In this document: positions 1-9,156 of the stretch, in pieces
Layout of the letters: each line of letters begins with the position of its first letter
Position numbering within the stretch: position 1 is the first letter of the stretch
Source: Oceanispirochaeta sp.
GTDB taxonomy: Bacteria > Spirochaetota > Spirochaetia > DSM-2461
DNA length: 64,000 nt
Assembly (NCBI GenBank): GCA_963663385.2
Contig: CAXXXD010000003.1
Coordinates: 992,001-1,056,000 of the forward strand
Direction of reading: 5' to 3'
Notes under the pieces: model-generated
What the model was told of the DNA's origin: nothing
Database searches by the model: none
What the model saw: only the letters and a program-made list of their open reading frames with translations
Made by a program: the position numbers and the translations under genes

Positions 1-1
1 T

Positions 2-1030
2 ATATTCTTTAGCGGTGTCAGTCTTTTTGGAGATGATTTGACAGAAGCCGCTCTATTGGAGAAAAATGGTGATATATCCGGTGCAAGGTCACTATATCAT
101 CAATGGCTGAATGAAGAGGCAAACCGGAACCGTTCCGACTACGGGCGTACACTTCTTCATGTTCTCCGATTGGGCGGAGATCGACAGGGTCTTTTTAATA
201 TTCTAGATTCCTGTCTGTCCGGTGTCAGGAATATACAGGATAGAATTGAAATCCTGAAATTCGGAGCTTACTTATCTAACCTATCCGGAATGGAGGAGAG
301 ATCAACGTACTATTTCTCACTTCTGGAGAGTCTTGATGAATCCGCAGCCTCGTGGATAGGAAATTATTATTCTCTTATTAATAACAGTTACACTAATCTT
401 GAAGATCCTCTGGCTGGAAACTCTTCCTATCAGAGGGAATCCGATTTTAAAGAAGCGGCGGTTTTATATCTCATATACCTGAACATAACTACCGCTGAAG
501 ATCAGGATATAACAGATTGGCAGGAGAGGATGGATGCCCGCTATCCTTTTCTTCAGAACTATCCGGAATGGCTTTTTCTGAACTGGTATTTTTCCAGAGA
601 ACGCAATATGGAGGTCCAGGAGGATTATTTTTCTTCCCTTCTTGCCGAGCGCTTTCCCACAGCTCCGGAAACAGGGCTGTTAAAAGGAGATATTCAACTG
701 TTTCCAAGCCCTGTCTATCTTTTAACTGACGTTCATTCGGATTTATCCCTTCCGAATGAAGAACCTGCCGAATCCTGTCAGCTTCCCGGCGGTATAGGTT
801 CTTCTGGAAAGCTCTATTATCTGCAGGCGGGAGCATTCGGTCAGAAGGCGAATGCCGAAGAGCTCAAACAAGAGATTAATAAACAGAGTCCATTAAATGC
901 CGAAGTCATCCAATCCGGTGATATCTATAAGGTGCTTATCCGAACCTATGATCCCGATAAGGATTCAGGGGTTCTGAGGGCTGGGGGATTTGATGTTTTC
1001 AGGACTCTTCCGCCTGATCCGAATCACTGA
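2..1030 (+). CDS. SPOR domain-containing protein (5'-truncated by window edge)
   Basis: C-terminal YYLQAGAFGQKANAEELK...YKVLI is a typical SPOR peptidoglycan-binding motif. The frame stays open upstream of the ORF-track start at 38 (IFFSGVSLFGDD, signal-peptide-like), so the true start lies before the window. Confidence 0.7.
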   Translation: MFFSGVSLFGDDLTEAALLEKNGDISGARSLYHQWLNEEANRNRSDYGRTLLHVLRLGGDRQGLFNILDSCLSGVRNIQDRIEILKFGAYLSNLSGMEERSTYYFSLLESLDESAASWIGNYYSLINNSYTNLEDPLAGNSSYQRESDFKEAAVLYLIYLNITTAEDQDITDWQERMDARYPFLQNYPEWLFLNWYFSRERNMEVQEDYFSSLLAERFPTAPETGLLKGDIQLFPSPVYLLTDVHSDLSLPNEEPAESCQLPGGIGSSGKLYYLQAGAFGQKANAEELKQEINKQSPLNAEVIQSGDIYKVLIRTYDPDKDSGVLRAGGFDVFRTLPPDPNH

Positions 1031-2525
1031 TTTCAATCTGTTCATAATGGACGACTTCTCCCGGTGTCAGAACAAAACCTTTTGCCGTAAGCATCCCGGG
1101 AGTCAGGGTAATGGTTCTGATTATACGGGAGCTGTCTCTGGCCTCATTATAATCCACCGAGTAGATTTCCCGTTTATCAAGTAAACCATTTCCCTTCAGG
1201 TAATGCATCTCCATAATAGAAATGTCATTCAGAATATAAAACTCAATTACTCCGTGTGCGACGTGTTCGGTGCCGGTTTTCAGAGTAAAATAGGGGAGTT
1301 CCAGATTTAAATCTTCATCTTTATTGTTTCTGAACTGTCCGGAAAGACGGGAGAGAATGTTCGAATCTTCAATGCCTGAATGGGCTATGAGGGATTTCTG
1401 GAGGAGGGGCCCCACCTGAGTATAGTAGCCGTCCCATTCGGTAGATCCGTGAATATTCACCTTGATTCTGTCCAGAGCCTCCAGAGATAAATAGATATCC
1501 CTTCTCTGGCTTGTAATTAAGGAGTTTTTGGACTGGATATTTATACCTTTGAAAATAGTTCTGTAAGTATCGCTCCAATCATAATTTTCCTGAATATCGT
1601 CAACCGAAAATATCAGCTGCCCATCGGCGGGATTAAAAAAGATGATTTCTTCCATAAGGGCCTGCTTCTTTCTGTTCAGATCTTCAATCCTGTACCAGGG
1701 GCCGGCAATGTAGTCGATAAAATCATCAAGAGAACCCTTATAGACCTTTTCAAGCTGTTCTTCACTGATAGATACTCCCGGAATTTTATCAATACTGGTG
1801 GGCAGGTACTCCCTTGAGCTTCTATTCCATTTATATGTTGTTTTAATAAGGTCAAGATTGTCCTGCGATACTTCATCTGTCTCTTCGGTGATTATTGAGA
1901 AGCTTTCGCTTGTAGGTTTTCCGATTTTATAGTCCTGAGACCGGTCATAGGTCTGAATCTCTATAATCCCATTAATACTGACGTTTAAAACGGGTCGCAG
2001 CATCAATCCCTGAATCCCTCCGGAAGAAGTTATTGTAAAAACATCCAGAGTATGGTTCTCATTCTTTGTAAAACCGGTAATTATAATCTCATTGAGGTTG
2101 TTCCCAGTCAGATCCTGTATAAGGATACTGATTCCTTCTGTACTATCGGGGCTTATGCCAGTTTCAAGAGCAGAATAGAAGGCCATTTTATCGTTGTTAT
2201 AATCTACCACATATAGGTATATTACTGTTTTACCATCAACTGTTCTACGGGTGAGGATAATCTGCTCATCCTCTGTATCAAAATCAAGGTTGACATCATT
2301 TGTTAACAGAAGGGTGTCTTCCGGAGGAAGGGGAATCATTGGAACCAGAAAGTTCTGATCCTCTTCCTCAATAATATTTGATACGGCTTCCGACTGGTTA
2401 GCGCTGCTGGAACTGGGGTTTATGATCCTGGGTGTCGAAGGGGGCTGTTGAGCTGCTTTATCATTCCGGCAGGAGATGAGGATGATAAGTGGAAGTAATA
2501 GAACAATGAGTTTTTTCATAGGCAA
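999..2525 (-). CDS. Spirochaetal lipoprotein, possibly pallilysin-related adhesin family
   Basis: MKKLIVLLLPLIILISC lipobox, then a P/S-rich linker and DxDxD-like loops. The family assignment is from recalled resemblance only. Confidence 0.5.
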   Translation of the reverse strand: MPMKKLIVLLLPLIILISCRNDKAAQQPPSTPRIINPSSSSANQSEAVSNIIEEEDQNFLVPMIPLPPEDTLLLTNDVNLDFDTEDEQIILTRRTVDGKTVIYLYVVDYNNDKMAFYSALETGISPDSTEGISILIQDLTGNNLNEIIITGFTKNENHTLDVFTITSSGGIQGLMLRPVLNVSINGIIEIQTYDRSQDYKIGKPTSESFSIITEETDEVSQDNLDLIKTTYKWNRSSREYLPTSIDKIPGVSISEEQLEKVYKGSLDDFIDYIAGPWYRIEDLNRKKQALMEEIIFFNPADGQLIFSVDDIQENYDWSDTYRTIFKGINIQSKNSLITSQRRDIYLSLEALDRIKVNIHGSTEWDGYYTQVGPLLQKSLIAHSGIEDSNILSRLSGQFRNNKDEDLNLELPYFTLKTGTEHVAHGVIEFYILNDISIMEMHYLKGNGLLDKREIYSVDYNEARDSSRIIRTITLTPGMLTAKGFVLTPGEVVHYEQIEISDSDQAEES

Positions 2526-2552
2526 TATTATGTTGAACTTGGATAAAAAAAG

Positions 2553-3542
2553 CTAGCCGCTTACACCCGGAAAATAGGGGGCAAAAAAATCCAGAATAAT
2601 TTTTTTTACATCTTTCACAGACCCTTCAACTTTAAAGCCGGCAGCTGTAGGGTGTCCGCCGCCTCCGAATCTTGCTGCAAGGGGAAGACAGTCAATTTCA
2701 TTTTTTGTCCGGATGGAACAGCGGGTCATCCCCTCTGAATTCTGCTTGATGAATACCGATATTCTGACCGCATTGCATTGAAGAGGGATATTGACTATCT
2801 CCTGGGATTCCTCATATCTGGCTCCCGAATCAATCAGAGCTTTTTTAGACATAAACTGGTAGGCCAGATGGTTTCCAAAGTGTAATTCCATCGAGGCTCC
2901 AACCATGGCTCTCAATTTCAGCGATTCTGTCGATTTGCTTTCGTAGAGCTGGGAGTAGACAAAATTCGGTCTGGCTCCATTCTTTACCAGCTTATAGGCA
3001 ATTTTGAAAGTCTCGGCACTTGTTTTCGGGTAGATGAATGATCCCGTATCATATACAATCCCGGCAAACATGGCTTCTGTAAGAGGGGCAAAAAAGGGAA
3101 TCGAAAAATGGGCCTGCAGTTTGGAGAGTATTTCACAGGTTGAGGATGCATCAGAAATGAAAACCCCCTTGAAGGGGATGTCACTTTCATAGTCATGATG
3201 GTCAATCACAACCAGATCCCTCAGGGTATCCCTGTTCAGACGAGATTTTAAATGCCCTATATTCCCAGGTTCTGTATCAACAACAAAAAGGGTGTAATCT
3301 TTTGGATCTAAAGAAAGGTCTTCGCTTTCATCAATATGACGGATAACACTGTCTGGATCCATAAAACCGTATTTGTTTTCAGTGGGATCAGAGTTTAGTA
3401 TGACCGTTTTTTTATTAAGGTAATGAAGGATTGAATACAAGACAATTTCCGAACCTATGGCATCACCGTCAGGAGCTTCATGAGCTGTTATTATGTAGTT
3501 GTCATTATTGAGAATAAAATCACCCAGTTCGGCAAGTGTCAT
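2553..3542 (-). CDS. nrnA: DHH/DHHA1 phosphoesterase (nanoRNase / pAp phosphatase, NrnA-like)
   Basis: HEAPDGDAIGS, VVDT, IDHH, SSTCE, GIVYDTG and GGGGHPTAAG motifs. Confidence 0.85.
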   Translation of the reverse strand: MTLAELGDFILNNDNYIITAHEAPDGDAIGSEIVLYSILHYLNKKTVILNSDPTENKYGFMDPDSVIRHIDESEDLSLDPKDYTLFVVDTEPGNIGHLKSRLNRDTLRDLVVIDHHDYESDIPFKGVFISDASSTCEILSKLQAHFSIPFFAPLTEAMFAGIVYDTGSFIYPKTSAETFKIAYKLVKNGARPNFVYSQLYESKSTESLKLRAMVGASMELHFGNHLAYQFMSKKALIDSGARYEESQEIVNIPLQCNAVRISVFIKQNSEGMTRCSIRTKNEIDCLPLAARFGGGGHPTAAGFKVEGSVKDVKKIILDFFAPYFPGVSG

Positions 3543-3630
3543 CTTTAACTATCCTTGTGTATAATAATATAGACTAAGACCTGTTAAAAATCTAATTATA
3601 ACCTAAAAAAAAAATTCCGGAGTTTAATAT

Positions 3631-4224
3631 ATGACTGAAAATAAACTGGCTGCAGATTGTATCATTCCGGCTGCAGGATTCTCATCCCGTATGGGGAAAT
3701 GGAAGCCGGGGCTTTTGACGGATGGGGAGGTCTCTCTTGTTGAAAGGGCGGTTAGAACAGCTCAGGCTGTCTGTCAGCGCGTCATACTGGTCGGGGGGTA
3801 TCGCTTTCAGGAGATTGAAAAACTTCTGGAATTCCCGAATCAGGTCATTCTTCTTGAAAACAGAGAGTACAAAACAGGAATGCTGTCTTCCATACAGACT
3901 GGTTTGCGAGTGGTCAGGAGGGATTTTTTTATTACCCCTGTCGATCTGCCGGGGATAGGTGTGGAGCATTACAAACGATTATTTGAAAGATTTGACGGGA
4001 ATCGGATTATCCGGCCCTTTTTTAAGGAGAAACCGGGCCATCCAATCCTCTGTCCTTATTCGTACAAAGAGAAAATCCTGGGTCTAAAAGGAACTCGCTT
4101 AATAACTGAACTTAAAAAATGGGAGTATGAAGCCCTGTCCTGGGAGGATGATTCTCCTGTCATTGATCTGGATACACCGTCAGATTTGAAAGAATGGCAG
4201 CATAGAATGGTCAAAAAAACCTGA
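3631..4224 (+). CDS. MocA/MobA-like nucleotidyltransferase
   Basis: IIPAAGFSSRMG..K, GMLSSIQTG, PVDLP, GHP and DLDTPSD motifs. Confidence 0.8.
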   Translation: MTENKLAADCIIPAAGFSSRMGKWKPGLLTDGEVSLVERAVRTAQAVCQRVILVGGYRFQEIEKLLEFPNQVILLENREYKTGMLSSIQTGLRVVRRDFFITPVDLPGIGVEHYKRLFERFDGNRIIRPFFKEKPGHPILCPYSYKEKILGLKGTRLITELKKWEYEALSWEDDSPVIDLDTPSDLKEWQHRMVKKT

Positions 4225-4274
4225 TCAGGTTAAAAATACCGCTATTTTTACGTATATAAACCTGAAAATCTTTC

Positions 4275-4290
4275 TGGCACAGCCTTTGCA
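4275..4290 (+). promoter_or_regulatory. Sigma-54 (-24/-12) promoter of pspA
   Basis: TGGCAC-AGCCT-TTGCA matches TGGCAC-N5-TTGCW, 37 nt before the pspA ATG. psp operons are classically sigma-54 dependent. Confidence 0.85.
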
Positions 4291-4326
4291 ATATTGTATG
4301 TATCAATATTTCATTGGAGGAAATAG

Positions 4327-5001
4327 ATGAGTGTTATTAAAAGAAGCAGAGATATCATCAATTCAAATATTAATGCCGCACTGGACAGGGTGGAAGAACC
4401 TGCAAAGATGGTTCGGATGATGATCCGGGAAATGGAAGATGCCCTGAACAGAATGCGTACTTCCTGTGCAGTCAGGGTATCGGAGAAGGTCAGGATTGAA
4501 CAGGAACTGGAACAGGGCAGGGACTCGGTCCGTAAATGGGCCGAACGATCTGTGCTTGCTGTAAAAGAGGGTAGGGATGATCTGGCAAAGGATGCTCTGC
4601 TGGAAAAAAGGAAAACAGAAAGCCGGATTAACTTTATGGAGCTTGATCATGAGCATCTGGAAACAATCATTGCAGAGACCAGGGGTAAAATCCGGGAACT
4701 GGAAACGAAGCTGGAAGAGGCTGGGCAGAAACAGTTTTTACTGATTCAGAGAGGTGTTCACGCCAAGGAGACCCTTCTGGTTAACAGAAGTATCCGACAG
4801 GCTGGCAGCTGCCGCACCATCTATCGTTTTGATGAGATGGAAAAGAAAATCGAACGAATGGAGGCCGAGGCCGAATTGAGTGGAAACAAAACTTTTTCTG
4901 CCAGTGAAAAAGCTTTTCAGGATCTGGAAATGGATAGATCGGTAGATGAAGAACTTGAGGCCATGAAAAAGAGTTCAAATGCAGATGCGTCAACCAGGTG
5001 A
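4327..5001 (+). CDS. pspA: Phage shock protein A (PspA/IM30)
   Basis: DIINSNINAALDRVEEPAKMVRMMIREMED, RFDEMEKKIERMEAEAE and VDEELEAMK; coiled coil; GGAGG RBS. Confidence 0.92.
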   Translation: MSVIKRSRDIINSNINAALDRVEEPAKMVRMMIREMEDALNRMRTSCAVRVSEKVRIEQELEQGRDSVRKWAERSVLAVKEGRDDLAKDALLEKRKTESRINFMELDHEHLETIIAETRGKIRELETKLEEAGQKQFLLIQRGVHAKETLLVNRSIRQAGSCRTIYRFDEMEKKIERMEAEAELSGNKTFSASEKAFQDLEMDRSVDEELEAMKKSSNADASTR

Positions 5002-5008
5002 GGAATGT

Positions 5009-5251
5009 ATGAAACTTCTGAAAAGAAAACTCTACCGTTCCCATAGCGGTTTGATATTTGGTGTATGTAAGGGACTGGCCGAATATCTGAATGTATCTGC
5101 CTTAGTCCTCAGAACTATCTGGGCCATTCTTGTATTCGCTACAGGATTCTTTCCTTTTGTTGCGGTATATCTGATTCTGGCTTACATTTTACCGGAGCGG
5201 GATCTGTACGGCCCGGATTCTACCGTAGAAACGGAGTACTCTGTTTATTAG
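5009..5251 (+). CDS. pspC: PspC domain protein
   Basis: KLYRS...IFGVCKGLAEY...LR...YLILAYILP is the PspC signature. ATG at 5009 follows GAGG. Confidence 0.88.
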   Translation: MKLLKRKLYRSHSGLIFGVCKGLAEYLNVSALVLRTIWAILVFATGFFPFVAVYLILAYILPERDLYGPDSTVETEYSVY

Positions 5252-5290
5252 AAAGACTGATGGCAGGTAACTTTTTACAGGGGACGCAGG

Positions 5291-5920
5291 TCAGAGCTCC
5301 ATTCCGAGGCCTATGCTTCCCCTGTTATCAATTGTTCTTTTAAAAGCATTATCCCGGTTTGTGTAGCTGGGGTTTGATGAAAACTCCAGAGTATCGTAAC
5401 TGAAGGAGTACGAGGCAAAGAGGATGAATGTGTCTGTAAGTTTATATAGTATCTTTACTCCCGCGCCGGGACCGAAGCTGAAATAGGACATATCTTCGCC
5501 ATCGGCAAACTCATCATTTTTATAATAACTGAATCCCGTATGAAAACCGGCTCCCGGAAGAATGCCCCATTTCCCCCGCCAGATATTCCAGCCTATACCG
5601 CCGGTATAATCCATCGACAGACCCCGGCTGCTGAATTTTAATGGTATCAGGAGAAAGGCATCCGAATAATACCCCAGACGGCTCCCGATAAGGGAGGAGT
5701 AATTCAATCCGATCAGTTTGGAATCTGAACTGACTTCGCTGGATTTCTCCTGATAGTCTTTTTCAAGTGTTCTGGTTTCAAGACCGAAGCTAAGCCCGCA
5801 GAAATGAAATTTCTGAAGCTGGTCTTCCAGAATCGGATCTATATTCTGAGCATTTGATGGAGAAATGAACAGAAGAAACAATACTGTGTAAAGAGAGTTT
5901 TTGAGTATAATCTGAGTCAT
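5291..5920 (-). CDS. Exported protein, probable small outer-membrane beta-barrel
   Basis: Signal peptide ending SNA-Q; alternating aromatic/Gly strands; C-terminal strand GSIGLGMEL. Confidence 0.55.
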   Translation of the reverse strand: MTQIILKNSLYTVLFLLFISPSNAQNIDPILEDQLQKFHFCGLSFGLETRTLEKDYQEKSSEVSSDSKLIGLNYSSLIGSRLGYYSDAFLLIPLKFSSRGLSMDYTGGIGWNIWRGKWGILPGAGFHTGFSYYKNDEFADGEDMSYFSFGPGAGVKILYKLTDTFILFASYSFSYDTLEFSSNPSYTNRDNAFKRTIDNRGSIGLGMEL

Positions 5921-5929
5921 GAATAATCC

Positions 5930-7114
5930 TTAGCTGATAATACGGTTTCTGCCGGACTGTTTGGCTTTGTAAAGATTTTTGTCTGCTTCAATAATCACCT
6001 GATCATAGTTTCGACTATCACTGTACATTCTGGCCATTCCGAAACTCATGGTAATGGAAACGGTACTGTTGTTACATAGTATTTTCATATTTTCGATCTC
6101 ATTTCTAATTCTTTCTATCACTTTGAAAGCGGTTTCCGGAGAGCTTACTTTCTGCATGATGATAAATTCTTCACCCCCCCAGCGGGCCAGACAGTCCTGT
6201 TCACGGATATTTTTCTCTATTGTACAGGAAACCCGTTTTATAACCTCATCACCGCAGTCATGCCCATAGGTATCGTTTACTTTTTTAAAAAAATCAATAT
6301 CTCCCAGTGTGATGACATACTCTTCGTTATTCCTTTTTGATTGTTTAAACTCATAACTTATATAGTTATCGAATCCTCTTCTGTTATAAAGACCAGTTAA
6401 AACATCGGTGACCGAAAGGACTTCCAGTTCTCTCATGAGCCGGTCTTTTTCTTCCATACTCATATTATGATTCACTTTAAACTGATGCATTACCGCTACA
6501 TAGATAGAAAAAAGAATTAAGCTGTTTCTGATCATATAAAAAACAGAGAGCATTCGCATATTTTTTACAGGATCAAAATATTTCTCAGCCGACATGACTG
6601 TTTCCACTACCGGAACCAGAGTGGTCAGAACTGCTATCAGATAGATAAAAAGGATTAGAGAGGAGGAGTAATTATGCTTTTGTTTGTGTTTTCTAATCAG
6701 AAAGATAAAAATGAATAAGAAGATCGTAAGGTTGAACATTTCATGTAAAACGTGGGGCGGTATAGCCTTTCCTTTCAGAATGGCAGCTAAACCTAAGTCG
6801 CAGAGAAGTAACCCCAGTAGCCTTTTGTACGGAGGCTTATCTCCAAAAAATACAATCCAGCCCAGGAGCAGGAGTATATTGCTCAGGAAATAAGATTCCG
6901 TAATTATGCTGAAAAGCAAAAATGATAGATACTGGTTATTAATATAATACAACGTGAAGGATATAGCGGGTAGTAAAAGGGATAAAAACCAGAATCCCGT
7001 TCCTTTAAATTGCCTGGGAAACTGGAGTTTTATCAGCAAAATAAGAAAACTGTAAACAACAGACAGGGGAATATTGATTAGACTGAGCGTTCCGGGATCA
7101 AACATGCCAAACAT
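5930..7114 (-). CDS. Membrane-bound diguanylate cyclase (GGDEF)
   Basis: About 7 hydrophobic segments, then DVLTGLYNRR, DIDFFKKVNDTYGHDCGD and RWGGEEF, with an REQD I-site. Confidence 0.9.
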   Translation of the reverse strand: MFGMFDPGTLSLINIPLSVVYSFLILLIKLQFPRQFKGTGFWFLSLLLPAISFTLYYINNQYLSFLLFSIITESYFLSNILLLLGWIVFFGDKPPYKRLLGLLLCDLGLAAILKGKAIPPHVLHEMFNLTIFLFIFIFLIRKHKQKHNYSSSLILFIYLIAVLTTLVPVVETVMSAEKYFDPVKNMRMLSVFYMIRNSLILFSIYVAVMHQFKVNHNMSMEEKDRLMRELEVLSVTDVLTGLYNRRGFDNYISYEFKQSKRNNEEYVITLGDIDFFKKVNDTYGHDCGDEVIKRVSCTIEKNIREQDCLARWGGEEFIIMQKVSSPETAFKVIERIRNEIENMKILCNNSTVSITMSFGMARMYSDSRNYDQVIIEADKNLYKAKQSGRNRIIS

Positions 7115-7191
7115 ATTTAAAGAATAATTCTTCGGTATAGTAATTTCAATTTCTTCCCGGCTGAAACCATATACAATGATAAGATAGTGAT

Positions 7192-8133
7192 ATGAATGAT
7201 TACAGCATTAGAATCAATCGGGTTATCGATTATATAGAAAGGAATCTGGACAGGACTCTGACCCTTGATGAACTGGCATCCATTGCCAATTTTTCAAAAT
7301 ACCATTTTCATAGAATTTTCAGTTCCTTCACAGGAGAAACACTATCCGGTTTTATTCAGAGGCACAGGCTGGAGACTGCTGCGGCCAAACTGGCAAGAAA
7401 CAGCAGAACCAGTATAACAGAAATTGCACTGAGCTGCGGATTTTCAAGTTCCGCTTCATTTTCCAATAGTTTTAAAAAATATTTCAGGGTTTCACCTTCC
7501 CTATGGAGGAAAGAAAACGCTGACTATATACCGGATAGCAATCTGAATGAAATCAAAGGCAATTCTGATAAAGAGAGAAGTGGTAGTTTATTCCATATTG
7601 AGTATGAAAAGGATATTCAGATATGGAGGACAGTTAATGAGAAGTTAGAAAAAACCGTAACAGTCAAGTCAATACCGCCGCTTACTCTGGCCTACCTCCG
7701 TTATGTGGGACCCTATAAAGGTAATGATAGGTTATTTGAAGAATTATGGAACAAGCTGATGCGCTGGGCAGGACCAAGAGGGTTTCTGGGATCAGAGGAA
7801 ACCTGGTTTATGACTCTGTATCACAACTATCCGGATCTGACCGAAGATGACAAATTGCGTTTATCTGTCTGTCTCTCTGTCCCGGAGGATACGGAAACGG
7901 GCCGCGGTATGGGAATAATGGTTTTTGACGGAGGGAAGTATGCCTGTTATGAATGCGTTCTGGGACCGGAGGATTACCAGCATGCCTGGAACTGGCTGTA
8001 TAGGGAATGGCTCCCTTATAGCGGTTTTCAGCCATCAGACGGAACGCCCGCAGAGATCTACCCCTCGGATCAAAAGTGTCTGCCTCCGGGGAAACAGAGA
8101 GTTATAATCTCCATTCCCGTGATTCCTTTATAA
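7192..8133 (+). CDS. AraC-family regulator with C-terminal GyrI-like domain
   Basis: N-terminal double HTH (FSKYHFHRIF, IALSCGFSSSASFSNSFKK) plus a GyrI-like effector domain (WNKLMRWA, GGKYAC, WLPYSG). Confidence 0.88.
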   Translation: MNDYSIRINRVIDYIERNLDRTLTLDELASIANFSKYHFHRIFSSFTGETLSGFIQRHRLETAAAKLARNSRTSITEIALSCGFSSSASFSNSFKKYFRVSPSLWRKENADYIPDSNLNEIKGNSDKERSGSLFHIEYEKDIQIWRTVNEKLEKTVTVKSIPPLTLAYLRYVGPYKGNDRLFEELWNKLMRWAGPRGFLGSEETWFMTLYHNYPDLTEDDKLRLSVCLSVPEDTETGRGMGIMVFDGGKYACYECVLGPEDYQHAWNWLYREWLPYSGFQPSDGTPAEIYPSDQKCLPPGKQRVIISIPVIPL

Positions 8134-8147
8134 AGAAGGTGATTTCA

Positions 8148-8621
8148 ATGGAATATAAATTGAAGACGATTGCAGAAGTGCTGCAGAAAGGTGGTTTATT
8201 TCAGATTGTCATGGATCCGGAATATCGGGACGGTCTGATCGAACTGGAAGGTTTTTCCTATATACAGGTTCTCTGGTGGGCTCATCAAACCGATTCTGAA
8301 GAGATGAGGAAGCTTCTTATGTTTGAAAAACCTTATTGCAAAGGACCTGAAAAAGTGGGCGTATTTGCTACAAGATCTCCGGTCAGGCCGAATCCTGTTG
8401 CGGTAACGGCAGTCTCAGTCATCAGTATTGACCGGGATAGGGGTATAATAACTGTTCCGTACATTGATGCCGATCCGGGGACCCCGGTTCTGGATATCAA
8501 GCCCTATCATCCCTGTACCGAGAGAGTAAGGGAGGTTTCTGTGCCAGCATGGTGTAATCATTGGCCGGAATGGCTGGAGGACAGTGCCGACTTCCCCTGG
8601 GAAGAGGAGTTTAATTTTTAG
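8148..8621 (+). CDS. TsaA/TrmO-like SAM-binding protein (UPF0066)
   Basis: GLIELEGFSYIQVLWWAH, GVFATRSPVRPNP and GTPVLDIKPY. Start moved to ATG 8148 after an AAGGTG RBS. Confidence 0.85.
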   Translation: MEYKLKTIAEVLQKGGLFQIVMDPEYRDGLIELEGFSYIQVLWWAHQTDSEEMRKLLMFEKPYCKGPEKVGVFATRSPVRPNPVAVTAVSVISIDRDRGIITVPYIDADPGTPVLDIKPYHPCTERVREVSVPAWCNHWPEWLEDSADFPWEEEFNF

Positions 8622-8692
8622 GTGAACTCTTGTTAAAAACCGGATGTTGGCATATGCTAATAACTCAAAATAAATATGGACAGGAGTTCAAA

Positions 8693-9079
8693 ATGGCTAA
8701 ATTATCAGCTGAAGTTCAGGAAGCAATGAAAAAGACAATGCCGACCTGCATTGCCACCGCCAGTTCAGAGGGTGTTCCCAATCTTGTATATGTTACGTAT
8801 GTAAAAGCGGTGGGGGATGATACAATAGTTGTTGCGGATAATAAATTTGATAAAACCCGGAATAACCTGGATTCCAATCCCTGGCTGACAGTTACCGTAC
8901 TGGATCCCGATACGAAAAAGGCGTATCAGATCAAGGGAAAAACCGAATGCTTTACCGAGGGCGACAAGTATACGGAGGTTGTAGACTGGGTGCATGTCAA
9001 TCATCCCCAGATGACTCCGAAAGCAGCCTTCTATATGAGTGTTGATGAGGTTTACTGCGGAGCTGAACGGCTTGCATAA
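8693..9079 (+). CDS. Pyridoxamine 5'-phosphate oxidase-like FMN-binding protein
   Basis: IATASSEGVPN, ADNKFDKTRNNLDSNP and YQIKG; AGGAG RBS before ATG 8693. Confidence 0.8.
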   Translation: MAKLSAEVQEAMKKTMPTCIATASSEGVPNLVYVTYVKAVGDDTIVVADNKFDKTRNNLDSNPWLTVTVLDPDTKKAYQIKGKTECFTEGDKYTEVVDWVHVNHPQMTPKAAFYMSVDEVYCGAERLA

Positions 9080-9096
9080 CCCGCCACTTTTCCGGT

Positions 9097-9133
9097 TAAT
9101 ATAAAGCCGGCCATCATGGTTGGCTTTATATTA
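9097..9133. terminator. Long intergenic hairpin (terminator or mRNA stabiliser)
   Basis: TAATATAAAGCCGGCCAT-C-ATGGTTGGCTTTATATTA inverted repeat between two co-oriented genes. Confidence 0.55.
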
Positions 9134-9156
9134 TGGGACGGAAGAGGGGAGTACCA

